From positions 608,001-672,000 of the forward strand of contig JBBFKX010000001.1 of NCBI GenBank assembly GCA_037481815.1: a stretch of DNA of 64,000 bases. Direction: 5' to 3'. This DNA comes from a candidate division WOR-3 bacterium. GTDB lineage: Bacteria > Hydrothermota > 32-111. Below, one piece after another: positions 11,131 through 20,912 of this stretch. Both the position numbers and the translations under genes were made by a program. The first letter of the stretch is position 1, and each line of letters begins with the position of its first letter. The notes under the pieces are model-generated. The model was not told where the DNA came from and searched no databases. It saw only the letters and a program-made list of their open reading frames with translations.

Positions 11131-12403
11131 ATATTTCGTCAACATATTTGAGATAAAACTTTTTATCAAAAAGTTTATCAAGTTCCAAAGAAGAGCAGTA
11201 TTTTAAGATATCCTTATCATTTTTTATAAGTTCTTTAAAATCTTTTCCCTTCTCCCATGATTCCATCGCGTTCTTTTGAACCAGAGAATACGCGTCTTCT
11301 CTTTTGAGTCCTTTTTCGATAAGGAAAAGCAAAACTCTCTGTGAAAAGATAAGATTGTTTGAGACAAGAAAATTTTTTTCAATATTTTTTTCATAGATCT
11401 TCATGTTCATGACTATATATGACATTTTATCAAGCATATAATCAACAAGTATGGATGCATCTGGTAATATTATTCTCTCAACAGAAGAGTGGCTTATATC
11501 CCTTTCATCCCATAATGCTATGTTTTCGAGTGAGGAGATAAGGTAGCTTCTTAAAACTCTTGATAAACCACACATCTGTTCACATAGAACAGGATTCCTC
11601 TTATGAGGCATCGCTGAAGATCCTTTTTGTCCTTCGGAGAAAGGTTCCTCAAGTTCTCTTGTTTCAGTTCTTTGAAGAAGTCGTATCTGTAACGCCAGTT
11701 TTTCTATCACAGCACCTATCCTCGTGAGGAGAAAAAGATAATCAGAGTAAACATCCCTTGAAACTATCTGTGATGAAATTTTCGAAAGATTCAAAGATAG
11801 TTTTTTTAAAGCTATCTGTTCTATCTCTGGAGGGATGTTTGCATAGTTACCAACCGCTCCCGAAATTTTCCCTCTCTGAATATTTTTTTTGAAAAATTTT
11901 ATCATATCGATTATTCTATCAAGGTCATCAACGATGATCAGTAATTTTAAACCAAGTGATGTTGTTTCAGCATGAACACCATGGGTCCTTCCGACGATCG
12001 GAATATATTTTGTTTCAACAGCTCTTTTAAAAATGGTTTCTCTTAAATGTAAAACACCTTTTTCTATCTGATTGAGTGAATCCCGTAAAATCAATGCGTT
12101 TGCAGTATCAAGCATATCAGAACTTGTCATTCCCATATGTATGAATTTAGAATTCTCTCCCACATTCTCTCCTACTGCAGTCAAAAATGCTATCACATCA
12201 TGTTTTACGGTTTTTTCTATCTCTTCGATTCTTTTGATATCGAATTTCGCTTTCTTTTTTATATCCTCGTATACCTCTTTGCTTATAATGTTACATTTCA
12301 TATAAGCGTAAAGAACAGCAAGTTCGACTTCAAGATATTTGTTATATCTGTTTTCATCTGACCAGATAAAAGACATCTTTTCTCTTGAATACCTTTTTAT
12401 CAT
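11114..12403 (-). CDS. purB: Adenylosuccinate lyase
   Basis: HDVIAF, H.G.TSSD, GRTHGVHAE, GSSAMPHKRNP, ERDISHSSVER; start refined to ATG 12403. Confidence 0.97.
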   Translation of the reverse strand: MIKRYSREKMSFIWSDENRYNKYLEVELAVLYAYMKCNIISKEVYEDIKKKAKFDIKRIEEIEKTVKHDVIAFLTAVGENVGENSKFIHMGMTSSDMLDTANALILRDSLNQIEKGVLHLRETIFKRAVETKYIPIVGRTHGVHAETTSLGLKLLIIVDDLDRIIDMIKFFKKNIQRGKISGAVGNYANIPPEIEQIALKKLSLNLSKISSQIVSRDVYSDYLFLLTRIGAVIEKLALQIRLLQRTETRELEEPFSEGQKGSSAMPHKRNPVLCEQMCGLSRVLRSYLISSLENIALWDERDISHSSVERIILPDASILVDYMLDKMSYIVMNMKIYEKNIEKNFLVSNNLIFSQRVLLFLIEKGLKREDAYSLVQKNAMESWEKGKDFKELIKNDKDILKYCSSLELDKLFDKKFYLKYVDEIFKRFS

Positions 12404-12404
12404 T

Positions 12405-13001
12405 CTATCTCCCTTCAAAAGAGTTTTTCCAGAGATTTTCAAAATAACCTATAAAATCGAGTGCGATCTCCTCCCCTTCAAGTAGAGCATTTGCTTCATT
12501 ATTTGAATTCACAGCACTGATCGTCCAGTTCGTAGAACCAACCATCACATAAAGAGAATCTATTATAAAAAGTTTACAATGGGTTGTTACAGTTAAAGGA
12601 TCGTATCTTACATCTATACCATAAGATTTGAGATAGTCCCCGACTTCATGGTTCGAATTTGTAACATCATTGTTCCAATCAGATTGCTCGAGCAAAACTT
12701 TTACAACAACACCCTTTTCATGCGCAACGATAAGTTTATCGAGAAGTCTTGTGACCTCATTCTCATAATCATAACTGTTAATGTTGTACATCACACAGAA
12801 TATACTCTTTTTCGAGTTTTCAAAAAGTGAATAGATCAAGGGGAAATAATCTCTATTACAAACGATCTTCGCTTTTGTTGGAACCATATTTAAACTATCG
12901 GTGTTCTGATCCTGTTCATGGTCAACCGCAGCGGGTTGACAGCCGGTAAACACAAAAACAAGAAAGAAAACAAAAATGAATTCAGTTTTTACTTTTTTCA
13001 T
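12405..13001 (-). CDS. Lipoprotein of the phospholipase D superfamily with a single HKD motif
   Basis: Lipobox [12 protein letters not shown]...GSTNW...NNE. Confidence 0.85.
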   Translation of the reverse strand: MKKVKTEFIFVFFLVFVFTGCQPAAVDHEQDQNTDSLNMVPTKAKIVCNRDYFPLIYSLFENSKKSIFCVMYNINSYDYENEVTRLLDKLIVAHEKGVVVKVLLEQSDWNNDVTNSNHEVGDYLKSYGIDVRYDPLTVTTHCKLFIIDSLYVMVGSTNWTISAVNSNNEANALLEGEEIALDFIGYFENLWKNSFEGR

Positions 13002-13638
13002 AATCTTCTAAAAACCTTTTCACTCCAAGATCCGTCAAAGGATGTTTTATAAGTTGTATGAAAACATTGTAGGGTATAGTTGCAACATCAGCACCTAATT
13101 CAAGAGATTTCAAAATGTGTACGGGATTTCTGACGGAAGCAACTATCACTTTTGTCTGGAAATTGTAATTTTTAAATATTTTCATAACGCTCTCTATTAT
13201 TTTAATCCCTTCATCAGATATATCATCAATTCTCCCAATAAATGGAGAAACATAGGTAGCTCCGGATTTAGCTGCAAGAACCGCTTGAACAGGTGTGAAA
13301 ACAAGTGTAACATTTGTTTCTATACCAAGTCCTTTTAAAGTTTTTACAGCTTTTAAACCATTTTCGGTCATCGGTATTTTTATAACAATATTTTTAGAGA
13401 TCGAAGAAAGTTTTTTTGCTTCTTCAACCATATCTTCATATTCAAGAGAGTTGACTTCAGCAGAAATTGGACCTGATACAACTGATGCTATCTCCTTTAT
13501 TATCTCTTCAAAATTTTTGCCTGTTCTTTCCTTTTCCTTCAATATCAGTGTTGGATTTGTTGTAACTCCATCAACGATCCCTTTTTTTACAAGTTCTTTG
13601 ATCTCATCTATGTTAGCACTATCTATAAAAAATTTCAT
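12982..13638 (-). CDS. tal: Transaldolase / fructose-6-phosphate aldolase family
   Basis: FFIDSAN, GVTTNPT, VIKIP, NVTLVF, YVSPF.GR.DD, ASVR, HPLTD.G. Confidence 0.93.
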   Translation of the reverse strand: MKFFIDSANIDEIKELVKKGIVDGVTTNPTLILKEKERTGKNFEEIIKEIASVVSGPISAEVNSLEYEDMVEEAKKLSSISKNIVIKIPMTENGLKAVKTLKGLGIETNVTLVFTPVQAVLAAKSGATYVSPFIGRIDDISDEGIKIIESVMKIFKNYNFQTKVIVASVRNPVHILKSLELGADVATIPYNVFIQLIKHPLTDLGVKRFLEDYEKSKN

Positions 13639-13647
13639 AAAACCTCC

Positions 13648-14373
13648 TTAGTAAAATGCTTTATAGAATATCAACCCTTCTGACGGAGCAAGTTTTCCAG
13701 CATATTTTACATCTTTAATCTTTAACAGTTCATACGGTTTCATTGTTATTTTACCTCTTCCATATCCTATCGCTGTTCCAACAATAAATCTTACCATATT
13801 GTGCAAAAACCTGTCAGCACCAAATGTGAATACGATCTCTTTTCCTTTTATTTTGAAATCACTGATTTTCAGATCAACATAATTGTTTTCAAGTAGAGAT
13901 TTTTTTCTACAGAATGAAGAAAAATCATGTTTCCCTTTTATCGAAAGAATAAATTCCTTTATCCTTTCAAAATCGAGAATATAATCAACCTGCCAGTGGA
14001 AAGGTCTTTTCAAAGGGCTATTTCCGTTGTATACAAAATATTTGTAAACTCTCATTTTACATGAAAATCTCGCGGAAAAATCATCGTCTACTTTTTTAAT
14101 TGAGTGAAAAAAAATCCTTTTATCGATTATCGAATTCAACCCATGTAAAAATTTCATCCGGTCATCAATCTTTTTTTGAGTTTTGAAAGAGAAAGGGTAC
14201 CTGAATGCTGAAACTCCCGCATCCGTTCTTCCAGCACCGACGATTCTGATTTTTTCGTTCAAAATTTTAAAAAGAGCTTCTTCTATTTTATCCTGAACAG
14301 TATTTTTTGAAGGTTGACTCTGCCATCCTTCAAAACCTCTTCCATCAAATTCACAAATGATTAGATAGTTCAC
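13648..14373 (-). CDS. truA: tRNA pseudouridine(38-40) synthase
   Basis: DG..F.GWQ.Q, GAGRTDAGV, F.ARF, HDFSSF, FLHNMVR..VG. Confidence 0.95.
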   Translation of the reverse strand: MNYLIICEFDGRGFEGWQSQPSKNTVQDKIEEALFKILNEKIRIVGAGRTDAGVSAFRYPFSFKTQKKIDDRMKFLHGLNSIIDKRIFFHSIKKVDDDFSARFSCKMRVYKYFVYNGNSPLKRPFHWQVDYILDFERIKEFILSIKGKHDFSSFCRKKSLLENNYVDLKISDFKIKGKEIVFTFGADRFLHNMVRFIVGTAIGYGRGKITMKPYELLKIKDVKYAGKLAPSEGLIFYKAFY

Positions 14374-16832
14374 TTTTTGACTATGAGATTGATCAATCTG
14401 TTTGGAACATAAAAATGTTTTTCAAGATGCCCATCCTGAAGGTATTTCTGAACAGCTGGATTTGACAGTGCCTCTTTTAAAACTTCGTCAGAAGTGGAAT
14501 CTTTTTCTATTTCTATCCTCTCTCGAACCTTACCATTTATTTGAATCACAACAGTTATTTTCTCATCCTCAAGATTGTTTTTATCAAACTCAGGCCATTG
14601 TGTAAGAAATATGGAATCTTTTTCGTTGAACCCCTGATAGATCTCTTCCGATAGATGTGGAATAAAGGGAGAGATTATCTGTGTGTATTTATAGATTACA
14701 AAGTTCAGAAACTCAAAAGAAAGGTTCTGTTCTTCTTTGTATAGAAGATTCAAAAGTTCCATCAAAGAAGCGATAGCAGTATTATGGTTGAAATTTTCAA
14801 TATCCTCTCCAACCTGTTTAATCGTTCTGTTCAATTTCACATAAACTTTTTTTTCTATTTCATTTTTAGGTACATATTCTTTTATCAAAATCTTGTTATA
14901 TTTTGAGGCGAATTTATCAAATCTATCCAAAAATCTTGAAATTCCGGTTATTCCATCTTCAGACCATAGAGCATCTTTACCTGCAGGACCTATGAAGAGC
15001 TCTGTTCCCCTTGCAAGATCTGACCCATATTTGTCAACAAATGGGCCAACTGGAACAGCATTCCCGGCTGATTTTGACATAACTTTTCCATTCTTATCCA
15101 TTATCATACCCTGATTGAATAGAGCCAGAGCGGGCTCTTCGAAAGAAAGATACCCTAAATCTTTTAAAACTTTTGTGATGAATCTAAAATATATAAGATG
15201 TCCATTTGCATGTTCAGCACCACCTATGTACATATCGACTGGCAAAAATTTATCAACGAGTTCTTTCTCGAATATTTTTTTATCATTCTTAGGATCAGCA
15301 TACCTTAACTGGTACCATGAAGAATCGACAAATGTGTCCATCGTGTCGGGGTCTCTTAAAGCATTATTTCCACATTTTGGACATTTCACATTCATAAAAC
15401 CTTTATGACTTCCAAGAGGGGACTCACCTTTGGGAGTGAAATCGACTTCAGAAGAGTCAGGTAGCAAAACCGGAAGATCTTTTTCAGGTACAGGCACTAT
15501 CCCACAATTTTTACAATGTATCATAGGAATTGGAGCACCCCAATACCTCTGTCTTGAGATCAACCAATCTCTCAATCTATAGTTCACACTTCTTTTTCCA
15601 AAACCTTTCTCTTCAATGAAATCTGTTACCTTCTCTTTCATTACGGAAGAGTCCATATCTGAGAACTCCCCTGAATTTATTGTTATACCTTCATCAACAA
15701 AAGCCCCATTTGAAAAATCCCAGGTAGAATCTTTTGGTCTTATGACTTGAACTATTTCGATTCCATATTTTTTGGCAAATTCAAAATCCCTCTGGTCATG
15801 AGCCGGCACTCCCATCACCGCACCTGTCCCATAACCTGACAACACATAATCACAAACGAAAAGTTTTACCTCTCTGTTGTTTAAAGGATTGATACACTTA
15901 TAACCTGTATAAACTCCATCCTTTTCCTTTTCTGTAGAACTCCTTTCGATCTCACTCTTTTTTATAGATTGTTCAATATACCTTTCGATCTCTTCTTTCT
16001 TTTGAGAATCAAATTCAAGTTCTTTTAAAATCTCATTTTCAGGAGCAACAGCAAGAAATGTTACTCCAAAAATCGTATCTGGTCTTGTTGTGAATACTTT
16101 AATACTTTTATCCGTATTTTTTATCCTGAATTCTATAGTTACTCCATCAGATCTGCCAATCCAGTTTTTTTGCATGGTCTTTATATTTTCGGGCCAACCC
16201 TTCAAAAGTTCCAATCCATCGAGCAATCTTTGGGCATACGAGGTTATTTTAAAATACCACTGCTCAAGTTCCTTTTTCGTTATTTCACTTCCACATCTCC
16301 AACATCTATTCTGCTCAACCTGTTCATTTGCAAGAACCGTCTGACATGACGGACACCAGTTAACATAAGATCTTTTTCTATACGCTAAACCATTCTCGTA
16401 AAGTTTTATGAATATCCATTGTGTCCATTTATAATAATCTTCTCTGCATGTTATAACTTCTCTATCCCAATCATACAAAAGTCCCATTTTTTTTAAAGTT
16501 GAAGAGGAAACAGCTATATTGTTATAAGTCCATTTATCAGGGGCAACACCTCTTTTGATCGCTGCTCCTTCTGCAGGCAAACCAAAAGCATCCCATCCAA
16601 CTGGGTGTAAAACATCATATCCGTTCATTATTCTGTATCTGTAAAGCACATCACCTATAACATAGTTTCTTAAATGACCCATATGAAGATCACCTGATGG
16701 ATAGGCAAACATCTCAAGCAGGTAATATTTCTTTTTATTTGGATCATTCTTGAATTTTTCGAGTGAAAGTTCTTTCCACCTTCTGTTCCACTTTTCCTGT
16801 ATAGATTTTAAATCTCTCTCCATATCAACCAT
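14370..16832 (-). CDS. leuS: Leucine-tRNA ligase
   Basis: YPSG.LHMGH, GWDAFGLPAE, FTTRPDT editing domain, DWLISRQRYWG, MSKS; start ATG 16832 or 16823. Confidence 0.97.
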   Translation of the reverse strand: MVDMERDLKSIQEKWNRRWKELSLEKFKNDPNKKKYYLLEMFAYPSGDLHMGHLRNYVIGDVLYRYRIMNGYDVLHPVGWDAFGLPAEGAAIKRGVAPDKWTYNNIAVSSSTLKKMGLLYDWDREVITCREDYYKWTQWIFIKLYENGLAYRKRSYVNWCPSCQTVLANEQVEQNRCWRCGSEITKKELEQWYFKITSYAQRLLDGLELLKGWPENIKTMQKNWIGRSDGVTIEFRIKNTDKSIKVFTTRPDTIFGVTFLAVAPENEILKELEFDSQKKEEIERYIEQSIKKSEIERSSTEKEKDGVYTGYKCINPLNNREVKLFVCDYVLSGYGTGAVMGVPAHDQRDFEFAKKYGIEIVQVIRPKDSTWDFSNGAFVDEGITINSGEFSDMDSSVMKEKVTDFIEEKGFGKRSVNYRLRDWLISRQRYWGAPIPMIHCKNCGIVPVPEKDLPVLLPDSSEVDFTPKGESPLGSHKGFMNVKCPKCGNNALRDPDTMDTFVDSSWYQLRYADPKNDKKIFEKELVDKFLPVDMYIGGAEHANGHLIYFRFITKVLKDLGYLSFEEPALALFNQGMIMDKNGKVMSKSAGNAVPVGPFVDKYGSDLARGTELFIGPAGKDALWSEDGITGISRFLDRFDKFASKYNKILIKEYVPKNEIEKKVYVKLNRTIKQVGEDIENFNHNTAIASLMELLNLLYKEEQNLSFEFLNFVIYKYTQIISPFIPHLSEEIYQGFNEKDSIFLTQWPEFDKNNLEDEKITVVIQINGKVRERIEIEKDSTSDEVLKEALSNPAVQKYLQDGHLEKHFYVPNRLINLIVKK

Positions 16833-18108
16833 TCCCCATCTCTTTGAGTTTCTTTTCAAGCATCTCTATCCTTCCTGTAAGTTCAAGTTCTTTCTTTCTT
16901 TTAAGTTCAAGTCGCTGTGACAATGCTATCTCTTCCTTTCTTTTTGCAACAATCCTCTGTGTTATCTCAAATTCTTCTTTTCTCTTCTTTTCAAGATCTA
17001 TATTGCTTAAACCTTCAGCTGCTGGAACCCCTTGCGGCATCTGTGATGCCTGGAGTTTCAACTGGTTGATCCTTTCAACAAGTTTCTGTTCCTCGTTTCT
17101 TTTGATTTCTATATCGTTCATTATCTGCTGCAACTGGATCTTGAAAGTGTCTATCTGGTTTTTCAACATCTTCAGTTCTTGATCAGATGATTGATTTTCC
17201 TTTACTTTATCGAGTTCTTCTTTTAGATTTTTCTGTTTTTCAATGAGTTCATTCAATTTGTTCTCATAGAATTCTATCTGTCTTCTCTTTTCGTTTATCT
17301 CCTGTTCACTCTCTTTTATGATCCTATCAACCTCATCATATTTTGATCCAGTTTCTTTTATCTTCCTTTCAAGTTCAGCGATTTTTTGTTCTTTACTTTT
17401 TATCTCATTCTGTTTTGATGCTAAAGTTTTTTGGAGTTCCTCTTCCTGTTTTCTGAGTTCATCGATCTTTGCTGATCTTAGGTTAACAAAATCAGCTCCT
17501 GACGATAATTTAGAAGATATGACGGTTGCAAAGACAACAGAAAGAACAAGTCCAATCACAAGATTCAAAATTACAGCAAGAATCGGAGTTTGTTTTTTTT
17601 CTCCACTCTTATCCTCAAAAACTACCTTTTTGATTCCTATATGAACTTCACCTCTTTTTTTATCTCCAGTTTTAATCGCCAAAGCGATATCTGAAATATT
17701 CTGATCAACGTCCTGAACCAATCTATTTTCACTCTTTAAAAGTTTGATGTTCTGGTAATTAAAAGGTTTTAGAACATTAGTCGGCTGTTTTGAATCACCG
17801 AAAACAACCCCATCTGTGTTAACAACTATCACATAATCTATAAGACCATTCGAATTTTTTACAGTGTTCATCGCAACATCCATTATAGGTGCTTCATCCT
17901 CATCAAGAAGTGGTTCAAGAACTGCTCCAGCTATAACTGACGCTATATTGAATGCCATCTCAGTTCTTTCATTTTGAAGGAGTTCTTTTGTGCTCACTTT
18001 TTCTCCAGTTGATTTCGCTGGAGCAAAGATAAAAACTATTACAGCATTTATACAAAGTATTATAAAAATCGAGATTATCAACAAAATGATAAAAGTTGAT
18101 TTTTTCAT
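16825..18108 (-). CDS. Two-TM membrane protein with periplasmic Cache-like domain and long cytoplasmic coiled coil
   Basis: Hydrophobic segments at ~5-29 and ~176-196, YVIVVNTDG strand-turn, then ~220 aa of heptad K/E/Q-rich sequence; AAGGAG RBS. Confidence 0.7.
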   Translation of the reverse strand: MKKSTFIILLIISIFIILCINAVIVFIFAPAKSTGEKVSTKELLQNERTEMAFNIASVIAGAVLEPLLDEDEAPIMDVAMNTVKNSNGLIDYVIVVNTDGVVFGDSKQPTNVLKPFNYQNIKLLKSENRLVQDVDQNISDIALAIKTGDKKRGEVHIGIKKVVFEDKSGEKKQTPILAVILNLVIGLVLSVVFATVISSKLSSGADFVNLRSAKIDELRKQEEELQKTLASKQNEIKSKEQKIAELERKIKETGSKYDEVDRIIKESEQEINEKRRQIEFYENKLNELIEKQKNLKEELDKVKENQSSDQELKMLKNQIDTFKIQLQQIMNDIEIKRNEEQKLVERINQLKLQASQMPQGVPAAEGLSNIDLEKKRKEEFEITQRIVAKRKEEIALSQRLELKRKKELELTGRIEMLEKKLKEMGNG

Positions 18109-18136
18109 AAAAACTCCTTATTTATCGTATTTTTTT

Positions 18137-18165
18137 AATATATTAAAATATCGTCTAAATGTCAA
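18137..18165 (-). promoter_or_regulatory. sigma70-type promoter for the sensor/coiled-coil-leuS operon
   Basis: TTGACA-N17-TATATT. Confidence 0.6.
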
Positions 18166-18170
18166 TAGTT

Positions 18171-20912
18171 TTAGAATATATTAAAAACCTTAAAAGTGAA
18201 CAGGAAATAAAGATTATCCTTTATCACAAAACCTTTTTCTTTGTTAAAAATAGGAATCTCAACTTTTCCATAATCTCCTATGTTGAAAACAAGGCCTGTT
18301 TGATAGAAAATATCGAGATCTTTACCAGACAATATAAAATCCTGATACAAAAAGTTAATTTTAAATCTCAATCTGTTAAAAGCATAATATGTTTTGGTTG
18401 AATCTATTAAATAACCATAACCAGAAGAAATATCTGTTAGAATGATGTTATAATTTGATATATTTTTACTTATTTTATCAAACAAAGAGCCTCTTTTCGA
18501 AAAGAGGTTTATCGATGTTTCTTTGTTACTCTGATCTTTTAAAAATTCTCCATCGTATACTATACTACCATCAAGGAATTTAAATCTGTAGTAGGATTCA
18601 AGTTGAACCTTCAATTTTGCGGATTTAAAATCTGAATATATAACCGGATTATAGATTTTTGAATCAACGTTAAACTTAAACCCCATATTTGATATATTTT
18701 TATAAACTTTGAAGTTCATGTTAAAAGAAGCGACATTTCCTTCCTCTAAGATGTATTTGAAATATTCTGAAGGTGCCAAACTTTTTCTAAACGAATAAAA
18801 AATTTCAAAAATCTGTCCGAAATCTTTTTCGTTTGTAAAATAGAAAAATTTTGGTTCAACCTTAAAATACTCTTCTGTGAGTTTGTATTCGATACCATTA
18901 CCAACTTTCCCATCCTGATAAAAATTTGTTTCTCCATCAAGATAAAAAGAACGATTTTTAACATTATAACCTAAAAAAAGTTTACTTTCAAAATCACCCA
19001 TGATTGAAAAATATGGAGAGGAAATCTTTGGAAGATCAAACAACATAAAATTGATTCCAAGGGAAGTTTTTTCTAAGATCGTATACTGATAAAATGGAAA
19101 AACATAAAGATTGTATGAATCTATATCAAAAATTTCTGGGGAAAGATGAACCTTCAACTTCTTTTTCAACTGATTGTTCGTATATTTAAGATCAAGTGAA
19201 GAATAGTCAGGATCAACAGTTATGTTGGACATAAAACTTTTTTCAAAATTTATGGTATCACTTTCAACTTCAACTTTTAAAAGTTTTGAACTTTTATCTT
19301 TTAAATCAATTCTGAGATCAACCGGAAGATCCAACAAAGAATTATTTCTTACAACAAATTTTATTTTCTCTTTATCCTCAGACACTTTCGATAGATAATA
19401 ATCAGTATAAATATTTTCATACAAAAGATATTTCAGATAAGTTTTGTATTTCCCTTCACTTCTTTCGTTGAGAAAATTATAGAATTGATCTATAGTGGGA
19501 TGGGAAAAATTATATTTTTCAAAAAACTCTTTAATGTAGATGTCAAAAGTATCCTTCCCAAAAAGATTTTCCAATTTTTTTATCACAAGGTATCCTTTTG
19601 AATAAAAAACGATATAGTTTGATTCTTTTGTATCAAAAGATGAATAGTTCATCGGAACACTCTTTTTATTTTTTTGAAGATTTAAAAAGTTTAAATAGTG
19701 TTGTGTGAAAAGATCAAATACACGTCTGTTAAAAAGGGTAACCTGATTTTTATTTCCATATTTATATTCCATATATCTGATCTCTGAATATGTCGCAAAT
19801 CCCTCATCTATAAAGGGTTCCATCGCTTCATTTGAACCTATGATAAGATAGAACCATTGATGTGCTATCTCATGTGATAAAACATCCTGAACATATTTGT
19901 AATCAATAATTTTTTTGAACCTTTTATCAAGATTTATAACTGGACCCATAACTATAAACTGTGGGTACTCCATTCCTCCACCAGCCCTTAACAAACCTTC
20001 AACTATCGTTATCTTATCATAGGGATAAGGGAAGTAAAGGTTGGAATAGAAATCTATCATTTCAAAAACTTCATCAATAACATCACTGTAAACATCATAG
20101 TTTTTTCTTTCACAAACTATTTCAACCTCAAAACCATCTTTTATTTTTTTAAGATACGAAAAATCGGTTTGTAGGGAAAATGCAAGGTCATTCACATTTT
20201 TAGCTTTCACTTCTACGATTTTTGTTGTTGTATCGTTTTTGTTAAATTTGAATCTGAAATTTTTATCCTTTAAAAGTGAATCCAAAAATAAAGAATCACT
20301 TTTTTCATAATCCACTCTTCCCGTTGAAAAAAGAAAATATTTTTGTGGTATCCTTATCCTCATCGAATAATCTCCATACTCATTAAAAAATTCACTGTTT
20401 TTTTCGATTTTAAAATCTGCCCATTTTTTATCTTTATACACAGCAACTTTGGGATACCACTGTGAAATATCATATTTACCTTTTAGATGACCTTCCCGTA
20501 AAAACGGGTATGGGACCTTGTTTTTAAAATATATTTTTAAACTGATAGAATCGTTTGGAAGAAGTTTTGTTTTTAATTTCAAATAACCTATAGTTTCATC
20601 AACAACAAACGAATCATTCTTTTCTCCATTTTCAAAAATTGAATCAACAACTGTAAACCCTTCCCTTTCAGGTTTTACCTTTTCCTTGAAAAATGGACTC
20701 CCATTTTTAAAATAGTTTGCATAAAGATGCAAAACTATTTTGTCCAAAGTATCTTTAGAAAAATTTTTATAATTGATCAAAGCATAGCCGTGTATTTCTT
20801 TTTTATTATCATCAAGTTCAACATCAAAAAAATAATCGCTTCTATTTGTCTTAAATGCAAAAACTGAAATCGAATAGAAAATTGACAATAACAAAAAAGT
20901 TTTCTTAAACAT
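18171..20912 (-). CDS. Secreted M1-family zinc aminopeptidase with aromatic beta-rich C-terminal region
   Basis: Signal peptide; QWYPK, GGMEYP, HEIAHQWF...N....P.IDEG, YSKG; ATG 20912 follows GGAG. Confidence 0.88.
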   Translation of the reverse strand: MFKKTFLLLSIFYSISVFAFKTNRSDYFFDVELDDNKKEIHGYALINYKNFSKDTLDKIVLHLYANYFKNGSPFFKEKVKPEREGFTVVDSIFENGEKNDSFVVDETIGYLKLKTKLLPNDSISLKIYFKNKVPYPFLREGHLKGKYDISQWYPKVAVYKDKKWADFKIEKNSEFFNEYGDYSMRIRIPQKYFLFSTGRVDYEKSDSLFLDSLLKDKNFRFKFNKNDTTTKIVEVKAKNVNDLAFSLQTDFSYLKKIKDGFEVEIVCERKNYDVYSDVIDEVFEMIDFYSNLYFPYPYDKITIVEGLLRAGGGMEYPQFIVMGPVINLDKRFKKIIDYKYVQDVLSHEIAHQWFYLIIGSNEAMEPFIDEGFATYSEIRYMEYKYGNKNQVTLFNRRVFDLFTQHYLNFLNLQKNKKSVPMNYSSFDTKESNYIVFYSKGYLVIKKLENLFGKDTFDIYIKEFFEKYNFSHPTIDQFYNFLNERSEGKYKTYLKYLLYENIYTDYYLSKVSEDKEKIKFVVRNNSLLDLPVDLRIDLKDKSSKLLKVEVESDTINFEKSFMSNITVDPDYSSLDLKYTNNQLKKKLKVHLSPEIFDIDSYNLYVFPFYQYTILEKTSLGINFMLFDLPKISSPYFSIMGDFESKLFLGYNVKNRSFYLDGETNFYQDGKVGNGIEYKLTEEYFKVEPKFFYFTNEKDFGQIFEIFYSFRKSLAPSEYFKYILEEGNVASFNMNFKVYKNISNMGFKFNVDSKIYNPVIYSDFKSAKLKVQLESYYRFKFLDGSIVYDGEFLKDQSNKETSINLFSKRGSLFDKISKNISNYNIILTDISSGYGYLIDSTKTYYAFNRLRFKINFLYQDFILSGKDLDIFYQTGLVFNIGDYGKVEIPIFNKEKGFVIKDNLYFLFTFKVFNIF

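Noticed and set aside
12405..13001. PLD protein as an anti-phage nuclease
   Set aside because: It has a lipoprotein signal, sits in a housekeeping operon, and has no helicase or methylase partners
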